Part shown: positions 9,166-18,661 of the stretch, piece after piece
Layout: each line of letters begins with the position of its first letter
How positions within the stretch are numbered: the stretch's first letter is position 1
Origin: an uncultured Actinomycetota bacterium
Lineage (GTDB): Bacteria > Actinomycetota > Actinomycetes > Propionibacteriales > Nocardioidaceae
Assembly: GCA_963845655.1 (NCBI GenBank)
Contig: CAWJTB010000002.1
Span: 498,970 to 562,969, forward strand
Length of the DNA stretch: 64,000 nucleotides
Direction of reading: 5' to 3'
Made by a program: the position numbers and the translations under genes
Notes under the pieces: model-generated
Databases searched by the model: none
The model's input: the letters and a program-made list of their open reading frames with translations, nothing else
What the model was told of the DNA's origin: nothing

Positions 9166-11052
9166 TCAGCCCAGCCGGCTGTCCACGAAGCACCAGCGCC
9201 ACTCCTCGCCCGGCTCGGCCGAGCGCATCACGGGGTGCCCGGTCTCGGAGAAGTGCGCGCTGGCGTGCTTGCTCGGGGAGGAGTCGCAGCAGCTCAGCCG
9301 CCCGCACTCCAGGCACTTGCGCAGGTGCACCCAGGTGGTGCGACCCTCTTCGACGCAGTCCTGGCACTCGCCGTGCACCTGGGTCTCGATGTCTGCGGGG
9401 GCCTCGCTCAGGTGGTCGCAGGAGGCGATGCTGCCGACCCGGCCACCGATCACCTCGCTGTCCTCGTCGACGTCGGCGCGGCGCTCGTTGCGGATGTCGA
9501 GCATCGACTCCTCGACGTCGAGGGCAGCCAGCACCTCGGACACCACCTGGTGGGGGATCGCGCCGGTGCTGCGCACCTCGAGGATCTTCTCGCGCTCGAA
9601 GTGCAGCATGTCCAGCCGCATCCGGGCGTAGGCCTCGCTGGGGGTCTCCACCTCGGGATGGGTGCCGCCGAGGCGTTCCCACGCGGCGGTGTTGCGCTGC
9701 TCGCCCCGCCGACGCAGCTCGGCGAGCACGTCGTAGGGGTCCTCGTCGTCCTCGTGCTCGCGGACGTACTCCAGCCCGGCGGCGGACGCCTTCTCGAAGA
9801 GCGCGGCCCGGGCCAGGGCGTCCTCGCGGGGGTCGGGCGAGGGCAGCCCCAGGCGGCGGACCAGCCAGGGCAGGGTCAGCCCCTGCACGAACAGGGTGCC
9901 GGCCGTCACCGCGAGGGCGACCAGGATCAGGGTCTCGCGGAAGTCGACGCTCGTCGGGATGGCGAAGGCAGCGGCCAGGGTGACCACTCCGCGCATCCCG
10001 GCCCAGCCCAGCACCAGGGTGTGCCGCCAGTCGGGGTGCTCGCCGGTCTCCTTGTCGGGTCCGGGGCGGACCAGCAGGAAGCGGGCCGGGAAGACGTAGA
10101 CCAGTCGGAGCGCGACGACCGCGAGCAGGGTCGCCGCGGTCAGCAGCGCGACGGTGGACCACGGCACGCGGCTCTCCGCGACGTCGCCCACGATCCAGCG
10201 GACCTGGAGGCCGATCAGCAGGAAGACGGTGTTCTCCAGCAGGAACTGGATGGTGCGCCAGTTGAGCCGCTCGGCGATCCGGGACGACGCCGACTGCAGG
10301 ACCGGGGCCCGGTGGCCGAGCAGCAGGCCGGCGATCACGACGGCGAGCACGCCCGAGGCGTGGATCTCCTCGGCGATGACGTAGGCCACGAAGGGAGTCA
10401 CGAACGAGACGCTGGTGTCGAGGACGGCGTCCTCCACCCGGCGACGTACGAACGCCACCACGTAGTAGACCGCGAGCCCGACGGCCACGCCGCCGACCGC
10501 GGCGACCAGGAAGTCGAGCCCGACCTCCTGGAAGGTGACCGCTCCGTACGCCGCGAGGCTGGCCGTGCGCAGGGCGACCAGCGCGGTCGCGTCGTTGAGC
10601 AGCGACTCACCCTCGAGGATCGTGACGATCCGCCGCGGCAGGCCGATCCGGCGCCCGATCGCGGTCGCGGCGACGGCGTCCGGCGGCGCCACGACCGCCC
10701 CGAGCGCGAACGCCGCCACCCAGTCGATCTCCGGGACCAGCGTGTGGGCGACGACCGCGACGCCCACGGTGGTGAAGACGACCAGCCCGACGGACAGCAG
10801 CAGGATGGGTCGCCGGTTGTGGTTGAAGTCGACCAGCGAGGTCTGCAGTGCGGCGGCGTACAGCAGCGGGGGCAGCAGCCCGATCAGGACGACGTCGGCG
10901 CTCAGCTGCACCTCGGGCACGAACGGCAGGTACGACGCGCCCGCTCCCAGGGCGACCAGCACCAGCGGCGCGGGCAGGTCGAAGCGCCGCGAGAGGCCGG
11001 AGACGAGCACGACCGTCACGGCGAGAGCGACGAGGGAGATGGCGATGTGCAC
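9166..11052 (-). CDS. CPA1-family Na+/H+ antiporter with a C-terminal UBP-type zinc finger
   Basis: LLPPLLY, PPDAVA, GESLLNDATAL and WAGMRGVVTLAAA motifs; C-terminal CDH...CQDC...WVHLRKCLECG..CCDSSPSKHASAH. Confidence 0.9.
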   Translation of the reverse strand: MHIAISLVALAVTVVLVSGLSRRFDLPAPLVLVALGAGASYLPFVPEVQLSADVVLIGLLPPLLYAAALQTSLVDFNHNRRPILLLSVGLVVFTTVGVAVVAHTLVPEIDWVAAFALGAVVAPPDAVAATAIGRRIGLPRRIVTILEGESLLNDATALVALRTASLAAYGAVTFQEVGLDFLVAAVGGVAVGLAVYYVVAFVRRRVEDAVLDTSVSFVTPFVAYVIAEEIHASGVLAVVIAGLLLGHRAPVLQSASSRIAERLNWRTIQFLLENTVFLLIGLQVRWIVGDVAESRVPWSTVALLTAATLLAVVALRLVYVFPARFLLVRPGPDKETGEHPDWRHTLVLGWAGMRGVVTLAAAFAIPTSVDFRETLILVALAVTAGTLFVQGLTLPWLVRRLGLPSPDPREDALARAALFEKASAAGLEYVREHEDDEDPYDVLAELRRRGEQRNTAAWERLGGTHPEVETPSEAYARMRLDMLHFEREKILEVRSTGAIPHQVVSEVLAALDVEESMLDIRNERRADVDEDSEVIGGRVGSIASCDHLSEAPADIETQVHGECQDCVEEGRTTWVHLRKCLECGRLSCCDSSPSKHASAHFSETGHPVMRSAEPGEEWRWCFVDSRLG

Positions 11053-11173
11053 GTCGGTATCTAAGCAACGATCACCTCAGGTCATTCCCGACGAGCGTGC
11101 CGTGCTCAGCCGATGGGCTGCTGCAGCCTGGTCACCCAGGCGCCGGGGTCGTCCCGGGGCCGGACACGGTGGG

Positions 11174-12907
11174 TCAGGGCCCGGTCGGCAATGCACGGAT
11201 CGCGGCGTCCAGCTCGCGCCGGTCGTCGCGCCGCACGACGGCCTCGAGCACCTCGATTCCTCCGGCCGGCTGGTCGAGCGCGTGCCGGAGCTCGGCGAGC
11301 GAGTCGACCTTCCAGTGCGGCGTGCGGGTGGCCGCGCAGAGGGCCGCCAGGTCGACGCCGTGAGGGGTGCCGAAGAGCCGGTCGTACGACGCCGCGTGCT
11401 GCGGCTGGCCCTGCTCCAGCGAGGCGAAGATCGAGCCGCCGTCGTCGTTGACGACCACGATCGTCAGGTCGGGACGCTCCTCCTCCGGTCCGATCAGGAG
11501 CCCGTTGGCGTCGTGCAGGAACGTGACGTCGCCGAGCAGCGCGATCGCCCGGCTGCTGTGCGGCCGGCCCAGGGCCGCGCCGATCGCGCTCGAGACGGAC
11601 CCGTCGATGCCGGCGAGCCCGCGGTTGCCGACGACCATCCGCCGGTCCCCGACGCCGTACGGCGCCACCATCAGGTCGAGGTCGCGGACCGGGTTGGAGG
11701 CTCCGACGAACAGCAGCCCGCCCTTGGGCACCGCGGCACTGACCGCCCCCGCGACCTGGTGCGGCGTCAGCGTCCCGCGCTCCGCGAGCAGGGCGTCGAG
11801 GCGTCGTGCCAGCGCCCGGTCGCGCTCGCGCCACTCCTCGAGCCACGGGTTCGGCCGCTCCTCGGGGGAGGCGTCGCTGCTCAGGAAGAGGTCCGGGCGG
11901 GCGCCGCCGAGCTCGACCGCGTCGCAGACGACGTGCACGTGGTTGCCGGAGTCGGTCCAGCCCGAGGGTCCCCGCACGGCGTAGAGCTCGACGTCGTCGC
12001 GGGCCAGCAGCCGGCCCACCGGCCGCGACAGGGTCGGGTGCCCGAAGACGACGACCTGCTGGATCCGGCCGGTGAGCTCGTCGTCGCCGAGCAGCAGCCG
12101 GGCGGTCCGGATCACGCTGTCCCCCGTGCGCGACCCGCTGGTCGGCTCGGCCAGCAGCGGCCATCCCGCGCGCTCGGCGAGCACCCGGGCAGGCGGGCCG
12201 GCGTCGTCCCCGGCCACGACGACCGTGCGCAGCCCGGGGTCGATCGGGGTGGGCTGCGGCTGGGTCCGGGCACCGGCCGTCATCCACGGATGCCCCTCGG
12301 CGGCCCCGTCGAGCGGGCTCCCCCAGCCGTCGGAGGTCTCCGGGACGAGCGGCTCCTCGAACTGCACGTTGAGGTGCACCGGACCGGGGCGGTCGCCGAG
12401 CCGACCCCGGGCGGTGCCGGCGGCGCGCGCGGCAAGGGCCCGCCATCCCACGACCTGGCGCCGCTCGGCGTCCCCGGAGCCCGGGTGCGCCGCAGGGACG
12501 TCGGCCTGCAGGCGGGTCGCCTCTCCGAACAGGCGGGCCTGCTCGGTGGTCTGGTTGGCGTTGGTGCCGCGCAGCCGCGCCGGGCGGTCGGCGGTCAGCA
12601 GCACCAGCGGCACGCCGGCGTGCGAGGCCTCCAGCACCGCGGGATGCAGGTTGGCGACCGCGGTGCCGCTGGTGGTCAGCACGACCACCGGTCGCTTGCT
12701 CGTGCGAGCGAGGCCGAGCGCGAGGAACGCCGCCGATCGCTCGTCGATGCGGGTGTGCAGCCGCAACCGGTCCTGCGCGGCGTGCACCGCGAAGGCCAGC
12801 GCGGCGCTGCGCGAGCCGGGGGCCAGCACCACGTCGCGCACCCCGCAGCGGACCAGCTCGTCGACGAGCACCGTCGCCAGGGCCGTCGAGGCGTTCGCCG
12901 GGGTCAT
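11174..12907 (-). CDS. menD: SEPHCHC synthase
   Basis: From MTPANASTALA; APGSRSA, IDERSAAFLALG, TSGTAVAN, NRGLAGIDG and LLGDVTFLHD motifs. Confidence 0.95.
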   Translation of the reverse strand: MTPANASTALATVLVDELVRCGVRDVVLAPGSRSAALAFAVHAAQDRLRLHTRIDERSAAFLALGLARTSKRPVVVLTTSGTAVANLHPAVLEASHAGVPLVLLTADRPARLRGTNANQTTEQARLFGEATRLQADVPAAHPGSGDAERRQVVGWRALAARAAGTARGRLGDRPGPVHLNVQFEEPLVPETSDGWGSPLDGAAEGHPWMTAGARTQPQPTPIDPGLRTVVVAGDDAGPPARVLAERAGWPLLAEPTSGSRTGDSVIRTARLLLGDDELTGRIQQVVVFGHPTLSRPVGRLLARDDVELYAVRGPSGWTDSGNHVHVVCDAVELGGARPDLFLSSDASPEERPNPWLEEWRERDRALARRLDALLAERGTLTPHQVAGAVSAAVPKGGLLFVGASNPVRDLDLMVAPYGVGDRRMVVGNRGLAGIDGSVSSAIGAALGRPHSSRAIALLGDVTFLHDANGLLIGPEEERPDLTIVVVNDDGGSIFASLEQGQPQHAASYDRLFGTPHGVDLAALCAATRTPHWKVDSLAELRHALDQPAGGIEVLEAVVRRDDRRELDAAIRALPTGP

Positions 12908-13857
12908 GGCGTGGAACCTACCGAAGCCAGCCGGTCGTGCCAGTGCCGCGCGCGCTCCGGCGTGGCCCGGAGCCGCTCGAGCGCGGCGTCGTCCACGTCC
13001 GGGCGTACGACGGGCAGGGTGCCGTCCCGCGGCAGCAGCGGCTCGGCCGCGACGTCGTCGCCGAGCAGCTGCACCGTCGCGAGGCCGCACGCATAGGGCA
13101 GCTCGGGCAGGGCGGCGGCCAGCGCCACGCCGGCGGCGATGCCGACGCTGGTCTCCAGCGCGCTGGACACCACGACGGGCAGGCCGATGTCGTGCGCGAT
13201 CCGCAGACAGGCCCGCACGCCGCCGAGCGGCTGGACCTTGAGCACCGCGATGTCGGCCGCCTCCAGGTCCCGCACCCGGTAGGGGTCGACCGCCCGGCGG
13301 ATCGACTCGTCGGCGGCGATCGGCACGCGGACCCGGCGGCGCACGACGGCGAGGTCCTCGACGGAGGCCACCGGCTGCTCGACGTACTCCAGTCCGCCGG
13401 CCGCCCGGTCCAGCAGCGGGATCCGGGTCACCGCCTGCTCGACCGACCACAGGCCGTTGACGTCGATGCGGATCGCGCCGTCGGGCCCGAGTGCGTCCCG
13501 GACCGCCTCCAGCCGGGCCTGGTCCTCGCCCACGCTCTGCCCGGGCTCGCCGACCTTGACCTTCGCGGTCCGGCAGCCGCCGCTCGCGGCCACGATCCTT
13601 GCCGCCTGCTCGGGGCCGACCGCCGGCACGGTGACGTTGACCGGCACGACGTCGCGCACCGGGGCGGGCCAGCCCTCGTCTGCCGCCTCGTGGGCCGCGC
13701 GCAGCCAGGGCGCGGCGGTCGGGTCGTCGTACTCCAGGAAGGGGCTGAACTCCCCCCAGCCCGCGTCCCCGCGCAGCAGCACGCCCTCGCGCACGGTGAG
13801 GCCGCGGAAGCGGGTGCGCATCCCGACCGCGAACACCTCGACCCGGGTCTTATCCAC
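12904..13857 (-). CDS. menC: o-Succinylbenzoate synthase
   Basis: GWGEFSPF, AKVKV, RIDVNG, EQP, AADES and KVQPLGG motifs; start is GTG 13857 or ATG 13821. Confidence 0.9.
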   Translation of the reverse strand: MDKTRVEVFAVGMRTRFRGLTVREGVLLRGDAGWGEFSPFLEYDDPTAAPWLRAAHEAADEGWPAPVRDVVPVNVTVPAVGPEQAARIVAASGGCRTAKVKVGEPGQSVGEDQARLEAVRDALGPDGAIRIDVNGLWSVEQAVTRIPLLDRAAGGLEYVEQPVASVEDLAVVRRRVRVPIAADESIRRAVDPYRVRDLEAADIAVLKVQPLGGVRACLRIAHDIGLPVVVSSALETSVGIAAGVALAAALPELPYACGLATVQLLGDDVAAEPLLPRDGTLPVVRPDVDDAALERLRATPERARHWHDRLASVGSTP

Positions 13858-13900
13858 CGTCGACCCGGGTCTCGTCCCCCGTTGAGCCGGGTCTCGTCCG
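13838..13900. repeat. Three 22-bp tandem units at the menE/menC junction (same family as 25351-25532)
   Basis: TCGACCCGGGTCTTATCCACCG / TCGACCCGGGTCTCGTCCCCCG / TTGAGCCGGGTCTCGTCCG. Confidence 0.8.
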
Positions 13901-14878
13901 CAGCGCCTGCCGGTCGACCTTGCCGTGCGGCAGCAGCGGCAGCGCCTCGAGGTGTACGACGTGCCTCGGCGCCCACGCCCGCGGCAGCTCGGCCGCCACC
14001 CAGTCCCGGAGCTCCTCACGGCCCGCGTCCCCGACCACGTAGGCCACCACGACGGCGCCCCACTCGGCGTCGGGACGGCCGAGCACCTCGACGGCTCGGA
14101 CGCCCGGGTGCGCGCGCAGCCGGCGGGCGACGGCCGGCGTGGGCACGTTGACGCCGCCGCTGAGGACGACGTCGTCCACGCGGCCGAGCACCTCGAGCCG
14201 CCCGTCGTGGTCGAACCGGCCGAGGTCCTGCGTCACGAGCCAGCCGTCCTCGAGCACCGCGCGCGTGGCGTCGGGCTGCCCGTCGTACCCGTCGAAGAGG
14301 ACGGGTCCACCGACTCGCACGCGCTGGTCCGCACCGATCTTGACCGCCACGCCGTCGAGCGGGACACCGTCGTAGACACAGCCGCCGCAGGTCTCGCTCA
14401 TGCCGTAGGTCGTGACGATCCGGGCTCCGGCGGCCTCGGCGCGCTTGCGCACGGCCGGCTCGAGCGCCGCGCCGCCCAGCAGGATCGCGTCGAGGCCGCG
14501 CAGCGCGTCGGCCTCCCCCGCCTCGAGCATCCGCACCAGCTGCGTCGGCACCAGCGACACGTAGCGGCGCGCGCCGGTGAGGGCGCCGGGCTCGGTCTGC
14601 GGCGTCGTGCCGGCCCGCACCGAGCGGAACAGCACCTGCAGCCCGGCGACGTAGGTCGGCGGCAGCGTCAGCAGCCACTGTCCCGGCCCGCCGAGCCGGG
14701 CGTGCGTCGCGTCGGCCGAGGCGCGCATCGCCGCCCTCGAGAGGACCACCGGCTTGGGCTCACCGGTCGAGCCGGAGGTCTCCACGACCAGCGGCGCCGG
14801 GTCCGCCGCAGCGTCCCACACCCGCAGCAGCGCGAGGATCTCCTCGGCGCTGCCGTCGACGGGCTGGAGGCTGGCCAC
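13850..14878 (-). CDS. menE: o-Succinylbenzoate-CoA ligase
   Basis: [32 protein letters not shown] and GKVDR AMP-binding motifs; adjacent to menC. Confidence 0.88.
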   Translation of the reverse strand: MASLQPVDGSAEEILALLRVWDAAADPAPLVVETSGSTGEPKPVVLSRAAMRASADATHARLGGPGQWLLTLPPTYVAGLQVLFRSVRAGTTPQTEPGALTGARRYVSLVPTQLVRMLEAGEADALRGLDAILLGGAALEPAVRKRAEAAGARIVTTYGMSETCGGCVYDGVPLDGVAVKIGADQRVRVGGPVLFDGYDGQPDATRAVLEDGWLVTQDLGRFDHDGRLEVLGRVDDVVLSGGVNVPTPAVARRLRAHPGVRAVEVLGRPDAEWGAVVVAYVVGDAGREELRDWVAAELPRAWAPRHVVHLEALPLLPHGKVDRQALRTRPGSTGDETRVDGG

Positions 14879-14913
14879 GAGCGCACACGCTATGCCTGCG
14901 AGAATCCCGGACC

Positions 14914-15816
14914 ATGACAACCCCCGGACCGATGACCGGCCCGACGGGGAGCCAGTGGCTCGCGGGCGCTCGCCCACGGACCCTCCCCGCCGCGGTCGCG
15001 CCGGTGCTCGCGGGCACCGGCGTCGCGGCCTTCGTCGATCACGCGGTGTGGTGGAAGGCCGGCCTCGCGCTGCTCGTGTCGCTGGCGCTGCAGGTGGGGG
15101 TCAACTACGCCAACGACTACTCCGACGGCATCCGCGGCACCGACGCGGACCGGGTCGGCCCGTTGCGCCTGGTCGGCTCGGGCACGGCGTCCCCGGCGTC
15201 GGTCAGGGCCGCGGCGTTCGCGGCCATCGGCGTCGCGATGGTGGCCGGGCTGGTGCTGGCCGCGACCACGTCGTGGTGGCTGCTGCTCGTCGGCGCGCTG
15301 GCCGTGGTGGCCGCGTGGTTCTACACCGGCGGCTCGTCGCCGTACGGCTACAAGGCGCTGGGCGAGGTGATGGTCTTCGTCTTCTTCGGCCTGGTCGCGG
15401 TCGTCGGCACGACCTACGTGCAGCTCGGGTCCACGCCCGCGCCGTCGTGGTACGCCGGCGTCGGCGATCGGCGCGCTGGCCTGCGCGATCCTGGTCGCCA
15501 ACAACCTGCGCGACATCCCGACCGACCGCGAGGTCGGCAAGCGCACGCTCGCGGTGGTGCTCGGCGACCCGCGCACCCGGGGGCTCTACGCGCTGCTCGT
15601 CGCGGCCGCCGCCGTGGCTCTCGTGGGCGTCGCGCTGTCGACGTCGCTGGCTCGCGCTGCTAGGGCTGGCGTTCGTCGTCCCCGGCGCCCGCGGTGTCGC
15701 CACGGTGCTCGGCCGCGCCGCAGGGTCGCGCCCTGGTGCCGGTGCTGCAGTCGACCGGGCTGGCCGTGCTGCTCTACGGCGCCGGGCTGTTCGTCGGCCT
15801 GCTCGTCGCCCGCTGA
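14914..15816 (+). CDS. menA: 1,4-Dihydroxy-2-naphthoate polyprenyltransferase (several frameshifts, about 15465-15725)
   Basis: [10 protein letters not shown] and [14 protein letters not shown] motifs; NNLRDIPTD...GKRTLAV follows in a shifted frame. Confidence 0.88.
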
Positions 15817-15828
15817 GCACGCGCGGTC

Positions 15829-16953
15829 TCAGGTCGGCTCGGTCCAGACACCGGTGTCGTAGAACCTCTCGAGCGTCCGGGTGTACGGCGTGATGTCGAT
15901 GTCCTGCGCGACCAGCCAGTCGTCGTCGTAGTAGGTCGCGCCGTAGCGCTCGCCGCCGTCGCACAGCAGGGTGACGACGCTGCCGCTCTCGCCGACGGCG
16001 TGCATCGCGGCGACCAGGCGCAGCGCGGCCCACATCGCGGTGCCGGTCGAGCCGCCGACCGAGCCGGCCGGTCACCTGCGAGCACCAGCGCATCGCGGCG
16101 ATCGAGGCCGCGTCGGGCACCGAGACCATCGCGTCGACCACGCCGGGCTGGAAGGACGGCTCGACCCGCGGCCGGCCGATGCCCTCGATGCGGGAGCCGG
16201 TCCCGGTGACGTGGGTCCGGGTCGTCGGCGACCCAGCCGTCGAAGAAGGCGCTGTTCTCCGGGTCCACCACGCACACCCGGGTGTCGTGGCGGCGGTAGC
16301 GGACGAAGCGGCCGATCGTCGCGGACGTGCCGCCGGTGCCCGCACCGACGACGACCCAGCGCGGGACCGGGTGCCGCTCCTGGGCGAGCTGCTCGAAGAT
16401 CGACTCGGCGATGTTGTTGTTGCCGCGCCAGTCGGTGGCCCGCTCGGCGTAGGTGAACTGGTCCATGAAGTGCCCGCCGGTCTCCTCGGCGAGCCGGCGC
16501 GCCTCGTCGTACATCGTCTCCGGGCGCTCGACCAGGTGGCAGCGCCCGCCCTGGAACTCGATCAGCTCGATCTTGCTGCGCGCCGTCGAGGCCGGCATCA
16601 CCGCGACGAACGGCAGCCCGAGCAGCCGCGCGAAGTACGCCTCGGACACCGCGGTGGAGCCCGACGACGCCTCGATCACCGTCGTGCCCTCGCAGACCCA
16701 CCCGTTGCACGAGCGCGTAGAGGAACAGCGAGCGCGCCAGCCGGTGCTTCAGCGATCCGGTCGGGTGGACCGACTCGTCCTTGAGGTAGAGATCGACCTG
16801 CCAGCTGCCGGGCAGCGGGAAGACGTGCAGGTGGGTGTCGGCCGAGCGGTTGCTGTCGGCCTCGACCTTGCGGATGGCCTCGTTCAGCCAGACGCGGTCC
16901 TGCGGTCGTTCGGCGATCCGGCAGCAGCCGTCCCGCCCGGCCGGATCAGCCAT
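15829..16953 (-). CDS. PLP-dependent cysteine synthase family protein (Cds1-like cysteine desulfhydrase), about 3 frameshifts
   Basis: Fragments in different frames: [63 protein letters not shown] and [10 protein letters not shown]. Confidence 0.82.
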
Positions 16954-17211
16954 CAGTCCGTGTCTTCCTTGGCGCGCGACTCCTCGAAGCGACGCGACGC
17001 GTTGCCGGCACGCTCCGAGACCTTCGCCGCGAACCGTTCGCGCGGACCTTGGAGCAGGAAGTAGGACGCGATCGCGGACAGCACCGCGGCGATCAGCAGG
17101 GGCGGCCAGAAGACTGGCGACACCGACCGCGCGGAAGGCGCCGAGCGCGACGAGCAGGGTCGCCACGAACAGCCCGATGCGGGCGACTGTGTAGACCACG
17201 AACTCCCTCAC
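16953..17211 (-). CDS. Small membrane protein (DUF4229-like), frameshift near 17100
   Basis: [16 protein letters not shown], two TM segments, then [16 protein letters not shown]...AKEDTD in a shifted frame. Confidence 0.7.
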
Positions 17212-17271
17212 TCCGACAGCCTAAAGGGACGAACCCCGCACCCGGCTTGGTCGGGTGCCTACTCTGGGGGG

Positions 17272-17489
17272 GTGGGTAAGTTCCTTTGGTCGTTGTCGTC
17301 TTCGCGGCCCTCGTCTACACGGCCTTCTGGCTCGTGGAGAAGCGGCGTGCGCGCAAGTCCGGCGGACCGGCCCGTCGCCCCTCCCCGCCGCCGCGTCGCT
17401 CGACCGCACCGGACGACGACGAGGAGTTCCTGCGCGACCTGAACCGTCGCCAGCGGAAGCGTCAGCAGAACCCCGACGGGGAGAGCTAG
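17272..17489 (+). CDS. Small single-TM protein with a PDDDEEFL motif
   Basis: ORF 17286..17489 has a TM helix, a Pro/Arg linker and APDDDEEFLRDL; the probable true start GTG 17272 (behind -10 TACTCT) needs a one-base correction at CTTTGG. Confidence 0.65.
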
Positions 17490-17568
17490 ACGCCCTGTCT
17501 CGGCGCGGCAAGGTAAAGAGATGGCGAAACTGCTTCCCTGCCCGCCGCAGACTTGCTTTAGTACACGT

Positions 17569-17606
17569 GAACGGCGGCTGGTGACCCGAGACTCCAGCCG
17601 CCGTTC
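17569..17606. terminator. Hairpin between convergent genes
   Basis: GAACGGCGGCTGG-N12-CCAGCCGCCGTTC, a perfect 13-bp stem. Confidence 0.65.
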
Positions 17607-17641
17607 TGCTTGTCCGGACCGCTCGGCGGACCGGAGCGGGC

Positions 17642-18661
17642 TCACTTGCCGGCGTAGGAGTGCATGCTCCCGCTGCCGAAGAAGAAGTTGATCCCGATGA
17701 AGTTGAACAGCAGCGACGCGAAGCCGATCAGCGCGATGATCGCCGCCGCCCGGCCGCGCCAGCCCGCCGTGGCCCGGGCGTGCAGGTAGGCCGCATAGAT
17801 GACCCAGGTGATGAAGGCCCAGACCTCCTTGGGGTCCCAGTTCCAGTAGGAGCCCCAGGCGGCCTCCGCCCAGATCGGGCCGGCGATCAACGCCGCGAAC
17901 GTCCAGATCGGGAAGCCGAACGCGTGCACCCGGTAGGCCACCCGGTCCAGCACCCGCAGCTCCGGCAACCGGTCGAGGTAGCCGCCGGGGCGCACCGAGC
18001 CGCGCTCCACGGCGCGACCCTTGACGAGGAACAGGATCGAGGCCAGTGCACCGATCCCGAAGGCACCGGTCGCGGTCACGGCGGCGGCGACGTGGATGAC
18101 CAGCCAGTAGGACTTCAGGGCCGGAACGAGCGGTCCGGCGGGCACGTAGAGCAGCAGCACGTCCAGCATCAGCACGACGACCAGGAAGCCGGTGACCAGC
18201 ACCCCCATCCAGCGCAGGCCGTAGCGGCGCATCAGCAGGAGGTACATCAGCGAGACGCCGAACGCACCGGCCAGGGTGAACTCGTACATGTTGCCCCAGG
18301 GCACCCGCACCGGGTCGGCGCCGAGCCCTCGGGCGACCAGACCGAGCAGGTGCAGCGCACAGCCGAGGACGGTCAGGGAGACCCCGATCCGGCCCCACCG
18401 CTCGACCTTCTCCTCACCGGCGCCGACCCCGGCCGAGCGCTCCGGCGCGGCGTTCGAGACAGGTGTACGGCGACCCGTCGAGGTGCTCGCGCCGACGGTG
18501 GCGCTCTCCCGCCTGTCGGCCTGCTCCTCGACCGGCTCCTCGACCGGGACGGATCGCGCCACGGCCCACTCGGCGATGTGCGCCAGGAACGCCAGGGTGT
18601 AGACGATCGAGGCGAACATCACGGCGTTGTTGCTGAAGGCGGCGAAGTCGGCGGTGGTCAC
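17642..18661 (-). CDS. ccsB: Cytochrome c biogenesis protein CcsB/ResC (system II)
   Basis: VPWGNMYEF, LKSYWLVIHV and WAEAAWGSYWNWDPKEVWAFITW (WWD domain). Confidence 0.93.
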   Translation of the reverse strand: MTTADFAAFSNNAVMFASIVYTLAFLAHIAEWAVARSVPVEEPVEEQADRRESATVGASTSTGRRTPVSNAAPERSAGVGAGEEKVERWGRIGVSLTVLGCALHLLGLVARGLGADPVRVPWGNMYEFTLAGAFGVSLMYLLLMRRYGLRWMGVLVTGFLVVVLMLDVLLLYVPAGPLVPALKSYWLVIHVAAAVTATGAFGIGALASILFLVKGRAVERGSVRPGGYLDRLPELRVLDRVAYRVHAFGFPIWTFAALIAGPIWAEAAWGSYWNWDPKEVWAFITWVIYAAYLHARATAGWRGRAAAIIALIGFASLLFNFIGINFFFGSGSMHSYAGK

